NCBI RefSeq assembly: GCF_964204645.1
Contig: NC_134035.1
Location: forward strand, 1 to 64,000
Origin: Tubulanus polymorphus
Taxonomy: Eukaryota; Animalia; Nemertea
Length of the DNA stretch: 64,000 nt
Direction: 5' to 3'
Shown here in pieces: positions 12,797 to 29,663 of the stretch (position 1 is the stretch's first letter; every line of letters begins with the position of its first letter). A program made the translations under genes and the position numbers. The notes below the pieces were generated by a model that had not been told where the DNA came from, made no database searches, and saw nothing but the letters and a program-made list of their open reading frames with translations.

Positions 12797-13986
12797 TAAA
12801 TATATGTATTTTGTTTTGACTTAACTTCGAATAAAAATGTTTCTAAAAGACTGCACCGATGGTCGGTTACGGATTGGCAAATTATTCCTCGAACGAAACA
12901 GAAAAATATCGTAAACCATAGAGAATTCTGTTCGATATTCAAAGTGGTTCCTATTGGCAGAATTAAAGCGATTGTCATCATAAAAAATTCACTGATATTG
13001 AATCGAATATGTACCATACTTATTAGAGAAATTATTCAAAGGTTTTATAGGTGACTTGTGCACGACAATGATATGGCATACATTGTAACATATCTCAGCA
13101 ATTTCATTTTCATATTTCAAGTAAATCAGTTGTTCTTTTATAAGGATATAGTAAAGTTTATTTCCAATTAGAAACGCATGAACCATCAGTTGGCCAATTG
13201 AAGTAGACAGAGTTAGAGAATGTTGATTGGTCGGATTAGCTGGATGTGGACTATCAAGTCACACGTGATGTGTGTAAGGGTTATGATTGGCTGCTAGGGT
13301 TATAGTCACAGGTGGTCAGGTAACCCAGAGTTAGGGTTGTGTATGACCAGTGACCGGAAGATGCAGATGTTTTATAGTCAGTGAAGTAAAGATGTTGCTC
13401 TAGGATTGAACACCATCTACAAGAATCACAACCGTCAACGGGGTCCATTTTCTAAAGCACTATTACCTGTCAAATTGTTCTCCTGTCTGTCAGTTACTGC
13501 TACTATCTATAAATCAACTCTGATGATCAATTATGATTAATGGACGTGTTTTCCAATCAACTGGTATTTTCTGTACTGAATGATGACATCATCATCGACC
13601 ACAGACCAAGCAACTCAGCAATTCCTGAAACCGGTTTTCATTATGTACCAATTGAGATGAAATCATGAGTGAAAACCAGAAATGTTTTCATATCAGACGA
13701 GGAAATAGAATACGGAGGGAAGAAGGTGGAACAAGGTGGAAGTGGAAGGAAAGAATATAATTACATTGAACACGAAAAAATATATAGCAGTAAAACATGA
13801 TTTATATCAGAGAATGAATGAATCATTGGAGACAATGAAATAAAAAGCGAAGCTTCTACTCAGCTTAAAACGATTACCACTGGATTAAGTATTTATCGAT
13901 AATCAAACCGGTAATAAAACCGGTAATCAAACTGGTAATTGTACAATCTTATACAAATATAATCCTTTCACTTGAAAATAAACAGT

Positions 13987-15465
13987 TTAATTGTTCTGTA
14001 GTTTTTCTAAGTCATCCACATCTTCAGCGTCAATACGTTCTATCTTACGACCGAAGTGTCTCATGATAGCGTCGAGGACACCCTCCGCTCGCTTACCGTC
14101 GACCATGTTTATCGCGACTCCGTTTTTACCGAATCGACCCGTTCGACCGATTCGATGCAGATAGGTTTCGCAGTCGGCTTGACCGTTCATATCGACCGGT
14201 AAATCAAAGTTAACCACGACGGTTACCTGTTCGATATCGATACCTCGCGCCGAGACATTCGTCGTGATCAGTACTTTCTGTTTTCCCTCGCGAAACCTCG
14301 CGATAACCGCAGCGCGTTGTTCCACCGTCAGCTCGCCGCTTAGCAACGCTACCGAATGACCTTGAGCGGTCATTTTCTCGGCGAGCCAGCTAGCGATACG
14401 ACGCGTGCGACAGAATATCATCGATTGACCGATCGATAAAGTGCCGTAAATACTGTTCAATGCTTCCAGTTTATCTTCTTTATCGCGTACGTTGATATAA
14501 ATCTGTTTGATATTATCGAGGCTTTCTTCCTCTCTACGCAGACGGATGACGACGGCGCCGGGAACGACCGTCTGAGCGAACGACATCACGTCTGTGTCGT
14601 AGGTCGCCGAGAATAACAACATCTGACACGATTTCGAAACGGAGTTGTGCATTCTAATCGATTGATCCTGATGACCTTGTTGAGCGATCATCACATCTGC
14701 TTCATCCAACACGAATACGCTTAATTTCTTTAAATCGATATTTTTGAATTTCAGACTCCAATCGAGAGCGGTCCCCGGAGTACCGATGATGATGTGGTAC
14801 GGAGCGATCTTCCCGCGCTGGATTTTCTCGCCGCGAACTGCGAACCCGATTCTAATATTCGGCATGAATTTTGACATCTGTTTAGTGACCTCGCCGGTCT
14901 GAAGGGCGAGTTCGTACGTCGGTGATAGACACAACGCTTGAGGGTAATCCAGAGTCGGGTCGACTCTACTGAGCATTGTCAATACGAACGCGGCTGTTTT
15001 ACCAGTACCGCTCTGAGACTGAGCGATCATATTCTGAGGAGGATCGGCGAGCAGTGTAGGCAGCGCCGTCTCTTGGATTTTAGACGGTGAATTGAAACCC
15101 ATTTCGTAAATGCCTTTCAACAGTAACGGATTCAGATGAAGCGCCTCGAATGATTTCACCGAGTATAAAGGCGAATTCGGGTCTTTCTGTAGAATTTCCA
15201 GGTCTGACTTTGATGTCACTAATTTCGAGCGGATCAATTTTCTCAGCAAGGAAGATTCGGCGACATTTTCTACTTTTTCATCATCTTCTCCAGCATCTCC
15301 TCCAGCATCTCCTCCAGCATCTCCTCCAGCATCACCGGCTGCGGGTGGAGCAGCATTTTGAGAAGCAGGTGTTATAGAAACAGTTGATTTCGGAGCGCCC
15401 TCTATGTTCAGGCTTTGTAGATTTTTCTCTTGTTCATTAACAGCGGTTACCCAATCATCAGCCAT
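13987..15465 (-). CDS. DDX19: ATP-dependent DEAD-box RNA helicase DDX19/Dbp5 (mRNA export), 492 aa, single coding exon
   Basis: LQKDPNSPLYSVKSF, PSKIQETALP, AQSQSGTGKT, DEAD, SAT, ARGID and YLHRIGRTGRFG motifs. A 5'UTR intron is likely at ~15498-16019. Confidence 0.97.
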   Translation of the reverse strand: MADDWVTAVNEQEKNLQSLNIEGAPKSTVSITPASQNAAPPAAGDAGGDAGGDAGGDAGEDDEKVENVAESSLLRKLIRSKLVTSKSDLEILQKDPNSPLYSVKSFEALHLNPLLLKGIYEMGFNSPSKIQETALPTLLADPPQNMIAQSQSGTGKTAAFVLTMLSRVDPTLDYPQALCLSPTYELALQTGEVTKQMSKFMPNIRIGFAVRGEKIQRGKIAPYHIIIGTPGTALDWSLKFKNIDLKKLSVFVLDEADVMIAQQGHQDQSIRMHNSVSKSCQMLLFSATYDTDVMSFAQTVVPGAVVIRLRREEESLDNIKQIYINVRDKEDKLEALNSIYGTLSIGQSMIFCRTRRIASWLAEKMTAQGHSVALLSGELTVEQRAAVIARFREGKQKVLITTNVSARGIDIEQVTVVVNFDLPVDMNGQADCETYLHRIGRTGRFGKNGVAINMVDGKRAEGVLDAIMRHFGRKIERIDAEDVDDLEKLQNN

Positions 15466-17858
15466 TCTGTGATCTTTATTCTATCTCACGATCGTCTGGA
15501 AAAACAATCGAACAAATTCAATTAATTATTGATAAGAATGAATTACTATCACCCTGCATGTTACTGAGATGGGATGAAATATATAGCTTTTTAAATGCAA
15601 TGAAATCATATCTAATCATATCAACCTCCTTGAGTTATTCATATTTACAAATTTTGTAGGATTCTTTTGTAGAAAAATAACTTTCTCAGCACATCTCAGA
15701 GCAGGTATTGACGTTACTTAGTTTTGATTACAGAAATCTTAGTTTTTTAGCCAGGCAATATCTAGCAATATAAAGCGAAACCCTGGTGCAAGCTTCAGTA
15801 AGACTTCTATTCATAGCAAGAACGAAAGTTCCTGATCAAGGGAGGCACCCGGAAAGCGGAATAAAACAACATTGAATTGGATTGATTGATTCACAATCTA
15901 CGTATGAAGTTTAAACGGATGTTTAACAAACAGTCAATAATTCACAGTGTATAAACAAACACAGTTTACAGATCGTTAAATCATTGCGAGGCCTAAAACT
16001 TAAACCGTTATAAACATACCTGACTTTATTCGATGAAATGGAAAGCGCCGATCAATTCAATTCAATCTTTAATTAATGTCTGGTGAATGTTATACGACAT
16101 CCGTCACAGGTCGGTTCACCTTCAATTCAATTTTAGTTTATTTATCACAATCTCCCAGCGGCCCGCCGACGCCGGATACTTTTCTTATCATAGAAATAGT
16201 TTTCTAGCCTCAGCAGCAGAGAATATATTTTTCCCAAATATTCAATTTATGAATAACACGAGTTCGGCCGCCGGATATAGGAGATCTATTAAAACCTGAG
16301 ACCGCTTACAATCTTCGATTCGCAGCGTAGTTTGGTCAGTGCTGTGCATCCCGTGTGGCTCAAATCCTACGCACAAATGGCTCAATTTGATGTGGTGAAT
16401 AAATACCGGTACCATAGTAACAAGTCGAACTATCGAACCTTTGAGCTACTGCAGCCTTTGATGAACAATATGTATTTTGTATGTACCATAGTCTGAATTG
16501 TTTGCGATGGACAATGCATACAAAGTCCCCGGGGGACAGAGCCATGCATAGTATTCGAATATTGGGAAGGGGGCAGAGAAACCCTGAAAAAGGACGATTC
16601 TTTTGAGCACTGTGAAACCCTGCATTAAAGGGTGCATTCATCCATTGTCTAATACTGGTTTCAAAATCGCGTGTCCGTAGATAGTCAAGTCTAAACTGAT
16701 TCATGTGCAAGGATTACATTTAATTCTTATAAAATTAACAACTAAATACTATAAGTGTACATCGCATGAGAAAGTAAAACCAGAATGTTGAAATATGATA
16801 TCTTCATCGAACTACAAAAAAAACAAAATCAATCCATATTCGAATTATATTCATTTTCAATCAATTAAAATTAGGGACAAACATCGACAAGAATGGATTC
16901 CACACGATGGGATGATACACGGATACGGATTGACAGCACCACCAGCAGTAGAGATATCTCTCATTGCGACCACCTGTGATAACAGAAATACTGGGCTAAT
17001 TCGTGTACTGTATATGTGTGGTTGAACACAAGCGTTGAAGATATCGACAATTGCTTTTATAGAGTAAATAAATGCCATCAAATCTCCACAAGGGATTTAA
17101 ACCAGACGGCATTGATGAGAACACCCACACATACTGGGTCTACTCAGGCAGGGTTCACTTGCATTTTCCTCTCTACGGAGGATGAATGCAAACGCTGATT
17201 AACACAAAGCAAGACGATATACGATACACATGCAGTAGAAAATCACACAATCCCCAAAATACAAGCATTATGAAAGTCCAAAACCTTGACAATGAAAAGA
17301 GCTGCATCAATTACAAAATAGTAATTATCAGTACGTTTATAAAAACAGTTTCATTATTTCACCACAAGATCCATAGGATTATAAACCACACCGTGAAGCT
17401 GAACCAAAAACCCAAAAATATATTCATTTTATTAATATTGAACTGACAGGAATATTGTACACTTGACCACAGAATTCTTGGGACTGACCCTGAGGGTTGA
17501 GGAGTGTATAGAGGTAACTGAGGTTCAAGTTAACATTATTCCTGTGAGTGACACTGATAATGAATCGACCTCATTCACATATCTTGCCTTTAATAATCTA
17601 AACTTCAGCGTCACCAGTTAATGGATCGGGGCCTGAAAATAACATTTCATTCTTACAACAGTTAAAATCATACATCATCACCATCAGGATTCCATGTTTA
17701 ATGAGCGCTCAAAATTCATCCGAATTTCTCCTAATAATTGAATTACCGCCACTGTCAATATGTTCGCAATAGATGATACTAATAGTCTGGAGACAGTTGC
17801 AGTAAGTAATTTACTCTAATTAATGTTAATGCGTCATTGTTTCTGAGTTGCTGCTCTG

Positions 17859-19106
17859 TCAGACCATCGACGACGACTCACCTCCAAGTTTCGTTACAAC
17901 CTATTTCAAATAGAAAATAATGCAAAGTGAGCATGAGGAAAATCTAAGCGTCCAAAATCCAGCAAATCATTCGTCCAACGTTAAAATGCAGTTTCAATAA
18001 ACTGGTTACACAGTAGAGACTATATATCACCAAATTAACAATCAGGGAAATACGTGTAGAATGTTATCACAAATATATTCCAGAAAGAATTTTAGACTCG
18101 ATCAGTTTAACGAATTGACGAGTTTATCGAGTTAAGGTAGAGCGTATTTCACTAGAGAGATCAGAGGAATACTTACGTAACTAATTCCTGGTAAGTTGAG
18201 TAATGAACCGAGGACAGGAACTCTGCGTAGAAAACTAATCACTACTGGGAATAGACCACTAAAAAATCAAAATGATACAGAGTTATTTGACAAATACGAA
18301 AAACAAGAGACCAGTGCAGCTTAAAAGTTTATGAAACTAAATAAGCAACTTAGCAAAACTATGATTTGTTGTAGTGGCTGAAAATACAGACCAGAAACAA
18401 TTTCAACATCTTCAATTTATCACTAAATGTCTTACGTATCAAGCAAGGAGACAGTTCTCTGAAGCTAAGATGCAAAGCTTTCGAATGGTACGAAATCAGT
18501 CGATATTTCATGGACTGGTATCTCTGTTAAATGGAACCTCATTTCTAGAACTATAAAATATTCTCTAACTCACCTAAATAAAAGGACGAAACCGTAAAGT
18601 TCAATGATCATTCCTATGACTGGGAAACCGAGTAAAACAATCAAGATTCCTCCGAGGAAAAATGCTGTGCCTTTTAATTTATGCTTTTGGAAAAAGAATA
18701 GAAATGTTCGTTCCATACCAATTACAAACGATAATCCGGCTACAAATAATATCTATAAAAAATAAAAACAAATAGTTATAAACAGAAATATCACAGTCTT
18801 AAATATTATAGGCTTAAAAATAGGCTTAAAAGCAGCGTCAAAGCCACCGCCACAACCAGTCGGTGTCAAAATCATCTAGTGAAATATAATTGACACTTAC
18901 ATTTCCTATCGCCAACAGACCTCGATCGAAAAATAGCAGTACGCCGAGAAATAAAAATGCGATACCAAAACCGGCCAGACCGACACCGATTTCTGAAACA
19001 ACAAACAACAACAGCCCAATCAATTATTACTGAAATCACGGCTTCAAACGTGGTGATATACAACATACACACATCACTTACTCTGAAAATCTGTTATTTG
19101 CATCAT
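17859..19106 (-). CDS. GOLT1: Vesicle transport protein GOT1 (Golgi transport 1); exons ~19082-19106, 18901-18992, 18574-18752, 18177-18258, 17859-17900
   Basis: [80 protein letters not shown]. Confidence 0.95.
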
Positions 19107-19556
19107 TTTGACGACGATTCTTTGCGGCTATAGTAACCGGAAGTATCGGTATTTTGAAACACGTCAACGAGCAATATAAATATTGAATTGAATTACTCGC
19201 TTGCCAGGGTTTGCATTTTGCTCCGGAAAGCGAGGATGGTTCCAGATGGGTGACCGACGAATAGCGCGACGATCTAAAATGACATAAGGCACACAGAATA
19301 ATTAATTGCCAAATTTAATCAGTCATTGTTGTTATGATTTAACAATAAATCATCCTCGCTTGAACTGAAGGCCAAACATTATTAGTAGACTGGTTACCGA
19401 TTTATATCTTCAAGGCAACCAGTCTAACTTAATTAGTACATCTGCAGTAAACAATTTTTTGATTTTTCAACCAGTATTTCCGGATTTGGCAAAAACCTGA
19501 AAAAAAACTTTTTAAAAACCCCGTATCCCTGGGACCGTGGCTCTCGTTTAGACGCG
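19107..19556. promoter_or_regulatory. Compact bidirectional promoter GOLT1 / TEFM
   Basis: Head-to-head ATGs ~450 bp apart. ETS/GABP-type ccggaagt at ~19137, and acttccgg at ~19668 in TEFM intron 1. Confidence 0.6.
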
Positions 19557-21635
19557 ATGAAACGTTCATTGTTAGGGTTACGTAGTATACGTTGGTTGCA
19601 GGTATAATCAATAGTTTAAAGTCATTAAAGCGCGATGTGTTAACAGCAACAACGGGCTTGAGTTTTTACTTCCGGGTATCCCCAACAAAATTTCAAACTT
19701 CCAGTAGAAAAGTGAAATCAAAATTCATTCATTGATTGATTAAATTCTGCGTATTTCGATTTTTAGATTGAATTTCCGGAGGCATTTGTGAATACTAAAC
19801 TCTGGAGGCTGTAGATACTCTAAGAAATAATTTTTGCATTTCCGATCCATGACCAAGGCCTGGCTAATAAACCCTAGTTTTAGGCCACAACACAAGACTG
19901 AAGTTTGAGGGGTATGGTGTCCTAGGACTCCTCGTTTCTTCTAACAAACATAAACAATCTCTTCCTCAGTTGAAGTCCGCTGCCAGAAGTATATTTTCGA
20001 CCCCTGAAGATTCAAGTTCAACTGCTAGTGATACGGAACCTACAACGGAAAATTATCACCAGCAATGTTTGGATTTTCGATCGGAATTTAGCGATGCTCA
20101 AATCACCGAATTACTGCATAAATTTAATTCAGCGCATCACGAAGAGCTTTCTCAGATCCGCCATTGTTCATCGGTGAAATCAGCGAACATCGTCAGACAT
20201 CGACAAACAAAGGGTGAATATCGCTCACTGTTAGAGATATTAAACGTGCCCGGTATCGCGACTCTCGGACTCAAGAAAATCTGTCACGCTATTTTAAACG
20301 ACGAACTGTCATCTAAAGCGCTGAAAACTAGAACCAGTGGATATAAAACAGAGGTGAACCATGGAGGATTGTGCCATCCTAAAATGACAGCGGCTGTAGC
20401 TAAGGTAAAATAAATGTAGTCAGAACTGAGTTTGGGTGAGAGTGCTCTATAGTTATGTGGCTTAAATCAATCATTTAACTGGAAAAATCAAATTTCATGC
20501 AATATCTGTTTAACTAGGTCCTGTAGATTTTACCAGTGTTACATGTTTACATTATATTTATGTTTTAGGATGTAAACAGTGTTTTATCGATAGATTTACA
20601 AATGGATAAAATATCGTGGGCTCACATTGATAAACAGACGTATTTACTCGACTGGCGCGAAGATATCGTATTTGATAAACGTCCGATGAAATATGATCAC
20701 GTTTATTTTCATGAAAAGGTACGATAATTTCTGTTCATCATTAACCCTAACCCTGACATCGTTTAGCTCAGCGTTTCAACTTGCTCTATGTGCTATCTGT
20801 ATTCACTTTCATACAATATGATCATCAAGAAATAACTTAGTCTGGTCCCCAGGGTATTTTTAAAAATGAATTTATATAGTTAACCCCCACAGACATCAGA
20901 CTCAGGGGCCGGTTGTACAGTCGTAAATTAAGTCCAAAAATGGTCTCAAATCTTAAGTTGTTAGATTGGATATAGAACTAAGTTTGTCTAAGACTGGTCT
21001 TAAGTCTAAGCCATTACTTTGCTAAACTGGCTGCAGCACATGGTTATTGAGTGAGTGCAGGGTACAAGTCAACAGATTAATGATACCTTTGTAAATGCCA
21101 TTTTTCCTCAACTCATATTTAATGTCGTGATTAAGGATGATATGAAGACCTTTACGAGTGACCTGTATTAATTTGATTGTAATTTCAGATCAGCGAAGCT
21201 GTTGAAAAGTTGCCAGTTGCAGATATTTATTTGTTGGAAGGTAAACTACACCGTTGCAGCAGTTTGAAACTGGTACCGTTTTACATCACGACTCATATTG
21301 TCGAAGCCGTACTGATGACTATTTTAAACAAACACCTACCGCAAACCGGACTACATAAAGTGTATATATTAAAACCATTCACTGTTAGTAAACATTTTAG
21401 TTTAATCATCGGTGGTGAAAGAGTCAGTGGTCAACATATAATACATAATATAATAGCGGGTAGTGGATCACCGTGTACTGCATCTATCCCTGAACCTCAG
21501 ATAGACTACTATACCGGGCTCACTCACGTGCAACAGGAGAATCTATCCAGAGCATTTCTACTTGGAATTACATTCAATCAGTTGATTCTACAGAAATTAA
21601 GTAACTTGGGACTAGACCGTAGAATATTAGTGTGA
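19557..21635 (+). CDS. TEFM: Mitochondrial transcription elongation factor; exons 19557-19601, 19970-20404, ~20569-20718, ~21190-21635
   Basis: Arg-rich presequence MKRSLLGLRSIRWLQ|LKSAARSIFS. Helix-hairpin-helix region (NSA..EEL..SANIVRHR..GEYRSLLEILNVPGI). RuvC-like region VLSIDL..ISWAH, PVADIYLLE, VSKHFSL..GERVSGQ. Confidence 0.85.
20905..21033. mobile_element. Member of a short dispersed MITE-like family (related copies at ~41458-41585 and ~52027-52170)
   Basis: Begin with gggcc(c/g)..(g)ttg(t/c)ac.gt, share internal tcttaag/gtctta..tctaagcc and end with ..caactg/aaactgg, partly inverted to the start. Confidence 0.45.
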
Positions 21636-21895
21636 TCGTTGGTTGAAGTTATTGATTGAATAAAGCACATTAGTTTTTTTCACGATTTGGTATTCTTTTA
21701 TCAGGCAATAGGATAACTATAGTGAGTATCGTGATAATTATGATTCCGTGAAGCGATTACCGAAACTTATAGAAGTGCGCTAAAGTTTAGTAGTGAGCAG
21801 GCTTCGGAACCGACCCCGTATTCCTGGAAATCTGGAGGAGCAGTCAGTCGGGAGCGGTGGATCTGATGTTCTCGGAGGCGCCCTGTGTTTGGTCA

Positions 21896-22147
21896 GTCAC
21901 ATGACAGTCAGCCGGTCTAGCGAAATGTGACATGTTGACTAATAATATTCTGATCTCGGTCCAATTAAAATTAAGATACTACTAACATCTGAATCGAGTC
22001 AGATACCTGTCAAAATTAAGATTCACAAACGAAACTTAAACGCTTCAAAATAAGAGCATCTTTATCAACAGTCAATATATAACGCGTTGAATTACGACAA
22101 TATAATTCATTGAATTTGACCGTGATTGACAAGGAAGTTCATGTGAC
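21896..22147 (+). promoter_or_regulatory. CLEAR/M-box-like (MiT/TFE) sites upstream of cathepsin D
   Basis: GTCACATGAC at 21896-21905 and TTCATGTGAC at 22138-22147. Confidence 0.5.
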
Positions 22148-22249
22148 ATAATACTACCCTGAACTTTGATAGTTCGATCGTCGACCTCTTGGACCTTCGT
22201 TCACTCCTTCTTCTACTTTCTCAGCTGGACGACAGAAGATCTCAGTAAT

Positions 22250-25680
<3,431 letters not shown>

Positions 25681-27225
25681 TCAAAACGAATGACTTTAAT
25701 CTGACAATAGAAAGAAACTGTTTGGACGATTCTTAAGAAAAGAGATCATCCGCTCTAGAAAAAACTAACTGCCGTAATTTAACGATTAAAAGGAACAGAA
25801 ATTTTTGTATTTCATGATTAAATTTGCTTTGATTAAAGAATATATTTGGGGACGATGCCGATCAGAGCCTTATTTAAAAGTAATTAAATAAATCGCATAA
25901 ATGTTATGTTCTTACTTTATTGGCCAAAAAAACAAGAAAGTTTTTATGGCAGTTTGTTTATTCCAAAAGGGGCTCATTATAATGGTTTGTATATTGTGTG
26001 TTCAATTAGTTTTATACTTTGAATGTAATAATTAGTGGCTTAAACTGGGAGATCGATACATTGTTAATTCCATTAGAAACATGATGTCTACACAAGTGAC
26101 TCTCTCATACTTAGCACGTTTATTGGCATCGAGATTAGTGTCTGGTGAATTTAGCGACTGATGCTGTAAGTGTTTATTGTTCACGGAATGGACTGGTTTT
26201 TGAGTAACGGGTTTATATATGTTAGTTGTGTATGTTACTTAGATCAGGCAATAGTGGAAACTCGTGAGAACATATTAGATTTTGCAAACTCAGAATTTCA
26301 TCTAGAATAGGAAGTATTTCAAACTGGATTTAAAGAACGATAACAAACAGATTTCCTTAACGAGGTTCCACCGTACACTTACATATTACATTTTCATTGG
26401 GGCTTGAACTCGATTGCGTAATCAATATTAATTTGTATATCTAGTTTTTAGTTCCCCCAGGTAATTATAACAATAGGGTCCTAATGTCAAACATTTTCAA
26501 CATATATTTCTTTTGATGACTTTAGATAATTAAGTCGGAAGTTTTGAGTTAACTAAACGTTTCAATCCTTTTCAATTAGCGATAATTTTTTGGATAATCG
26601 ACGTTTTTATAGGTATGTATATACACAAGACTGAGGGACTTAATCATTACTTGTATTTGCAAGATAAAATAAAATCATTTTCTGTCTAAATAAAATCATT
26701 ACCCGGTTGTTCGTTTACTATATTTTCTTAGATATCGATATGGTCGTGCAAAAGTTGTACTACAAAAGTTGCACATCCATCAGTTAAGGTGTGACGAGCG
26801 TGACACCTTTTCTGTCAGTTTCAAAATATTTTCAGTCCGGCCCGCAACCAGTGTCAGATCCATGACCGTCCAGTGCTGCCACCAACAACATATATTCCTA
26901 CTGTGGCACGCGAATGGCTGTTCTATTTGACGGAAAACACCCGATAGATTTATACCGCTTTGTGAGCAAATCCAAGTTATTTCAGAAACAATTAAATTGA
27001 TAAAGTGGTAGAAATTAAAGAAATCCGATGAAGATGTTTGTTACTCGAGAGCATTTTCAGGGATGTTTTGCATTTAAGCGTTATATCTGCGGGTGTATGT
27101 CCAATTGACAGAACAGCGAAAACAAATGGCTCGAAGTGCGCGCTTGTGACATGTCAAAACAAAACTGATTGACCCCTACATGAAGCAGACTCGTTTTGTT
27201 TATTAGTTAAATCGATGACCGAAGA

Positions 27226-28132
<907 letters not shown>

Positions 28133-29465
28133 ATGACACACATTCAGTCTCAAACGTTATATGGCAGTTTGCGCAATAATCCTAAGACTTCAGATGTCAT
28201 ATTCATCACGGTGCCTTGTTCATTCATTCAGACTACTAACTGATATCACCATATATTAGTGCAGTAGACTCTGTCTGCCTTACTCAGTATTTGTTCTCTG
28301 AATTGAAATACTTCAGCAATGTCTAAATTCTAAGAAGTAGGTCAGTATTTAGTAAGGAAGAGTAAGTCAAATGTATGGATAGATTTTAACTAAAATGTAG
28401 TGCCTTATACGGTTCATTTTTCTAGACCAGTTTCTACCTATAGTCACTCTCTCTCTTGCAACCAGTACGTCAAAGGTTTGCAAAAACAAAACAGAAATCA
28501 AGTCTGATTTTGTTTCTTTACAAGCGAGAATTGTATTTATTTATCAAGTGATTTTTACCAATGTTATAACTATATCGAAAAGTAGTGTACATCCTTATCA
28601 TTGTGAATAATGTTAAATTATTTTAATAAACATGAAAAAAATAAATGAATAATTATAGACATTTTGATTCAACTTCATTTGATGAAGAGTTTTGAGACAC
28701 GTTCGAGAAGATAAAATCTAATATATGGCACACATACCCCTTGTAAAAGCTTGGTACTTATTTTATTGATCCCCCTTTCCTATGTACATTTTGACATCTA
28801 CCCCTTATTCAAAGTAAATACCTAATTTTACCCTCGCCCATACCCACAAATTCATACATACTTTGCTTCCCTCTATAAAGCTCAGTCAACCACCAATAGT
28901 GAGCCAGCTCGTGTAATGCAAGATATCTATTGAGGACGGATTATTTGTATTTAAATCAATGAGGATCGAAACATCTCGATCTCTATTCAAATTTCTGGTA
29001 AATATTCTTGGATGTGATGTCTGCAATAATGTTTAGTTAAATGGTAGCTGATTGCAGTTAGTCGTGGTTTATCGACATTTAACCAAACCACACGCAAAAA
29101 GAAACGAACCCAGGTGATATCCTGATGTTTTCAAAGCGAGCACAGTGATTAACAGGTTGGTCCCCACAACATAGAACGTTGATAACTAAACTCGGTCCTG
29201 GATCAGCCACCATTGATAGGACATACGACAGCTGAGCATTTAGTCTACAGTCTGCCTGAAGGTTTGAGCATTTTATTATTCATATCAGTTTTACGTCCTT
29301 TACTTATGTATCGTAGGGCGGAAAAGCGAAGCAATTAGTATTAAGTCATAGAGATAGACAAAAATAACACCTATGTACTGACCTAATCTCCAAGCAAAAA
29401 TCTCTAAACCACCCATGTGGTTTAGGGATATTGTGCCCTTTGATCAGGATTTAAGACATTACAAA

Positions 29466-29663
29466 CATGTACCTAGTGAACAGCGTGATGTTGAACTACA
29501 TGTACCTAGTGAACAGTGTGATGTTGAACTACATGTTCCTAGTGAACAGCGTGATGTTGAACTACATGTACCTAGTGAACAGCGTGATGTTGAACTACAT
29601 GTACCTAGTGAACAGTGTGATGTTGAACTACATGTACCTAGTGAACAGTGTGATGTTGAACTA
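29466..29663 (+). repeat. Minisatellite, 33-bp unit x 6, overlapping the CTBS stop codon and 3'UTR
   Basis: Unit catgtacctagtgaacag(c/t)gtgatgttgaacta. Confidence 0.95.

Noticed and set aside
19849-19908. ATG at 19849 as the TEFM start
   Set aside because: Hits a stop after 19 codons; the exon at 19557-19601 gives an in-phase mitochondrial presequence instead.
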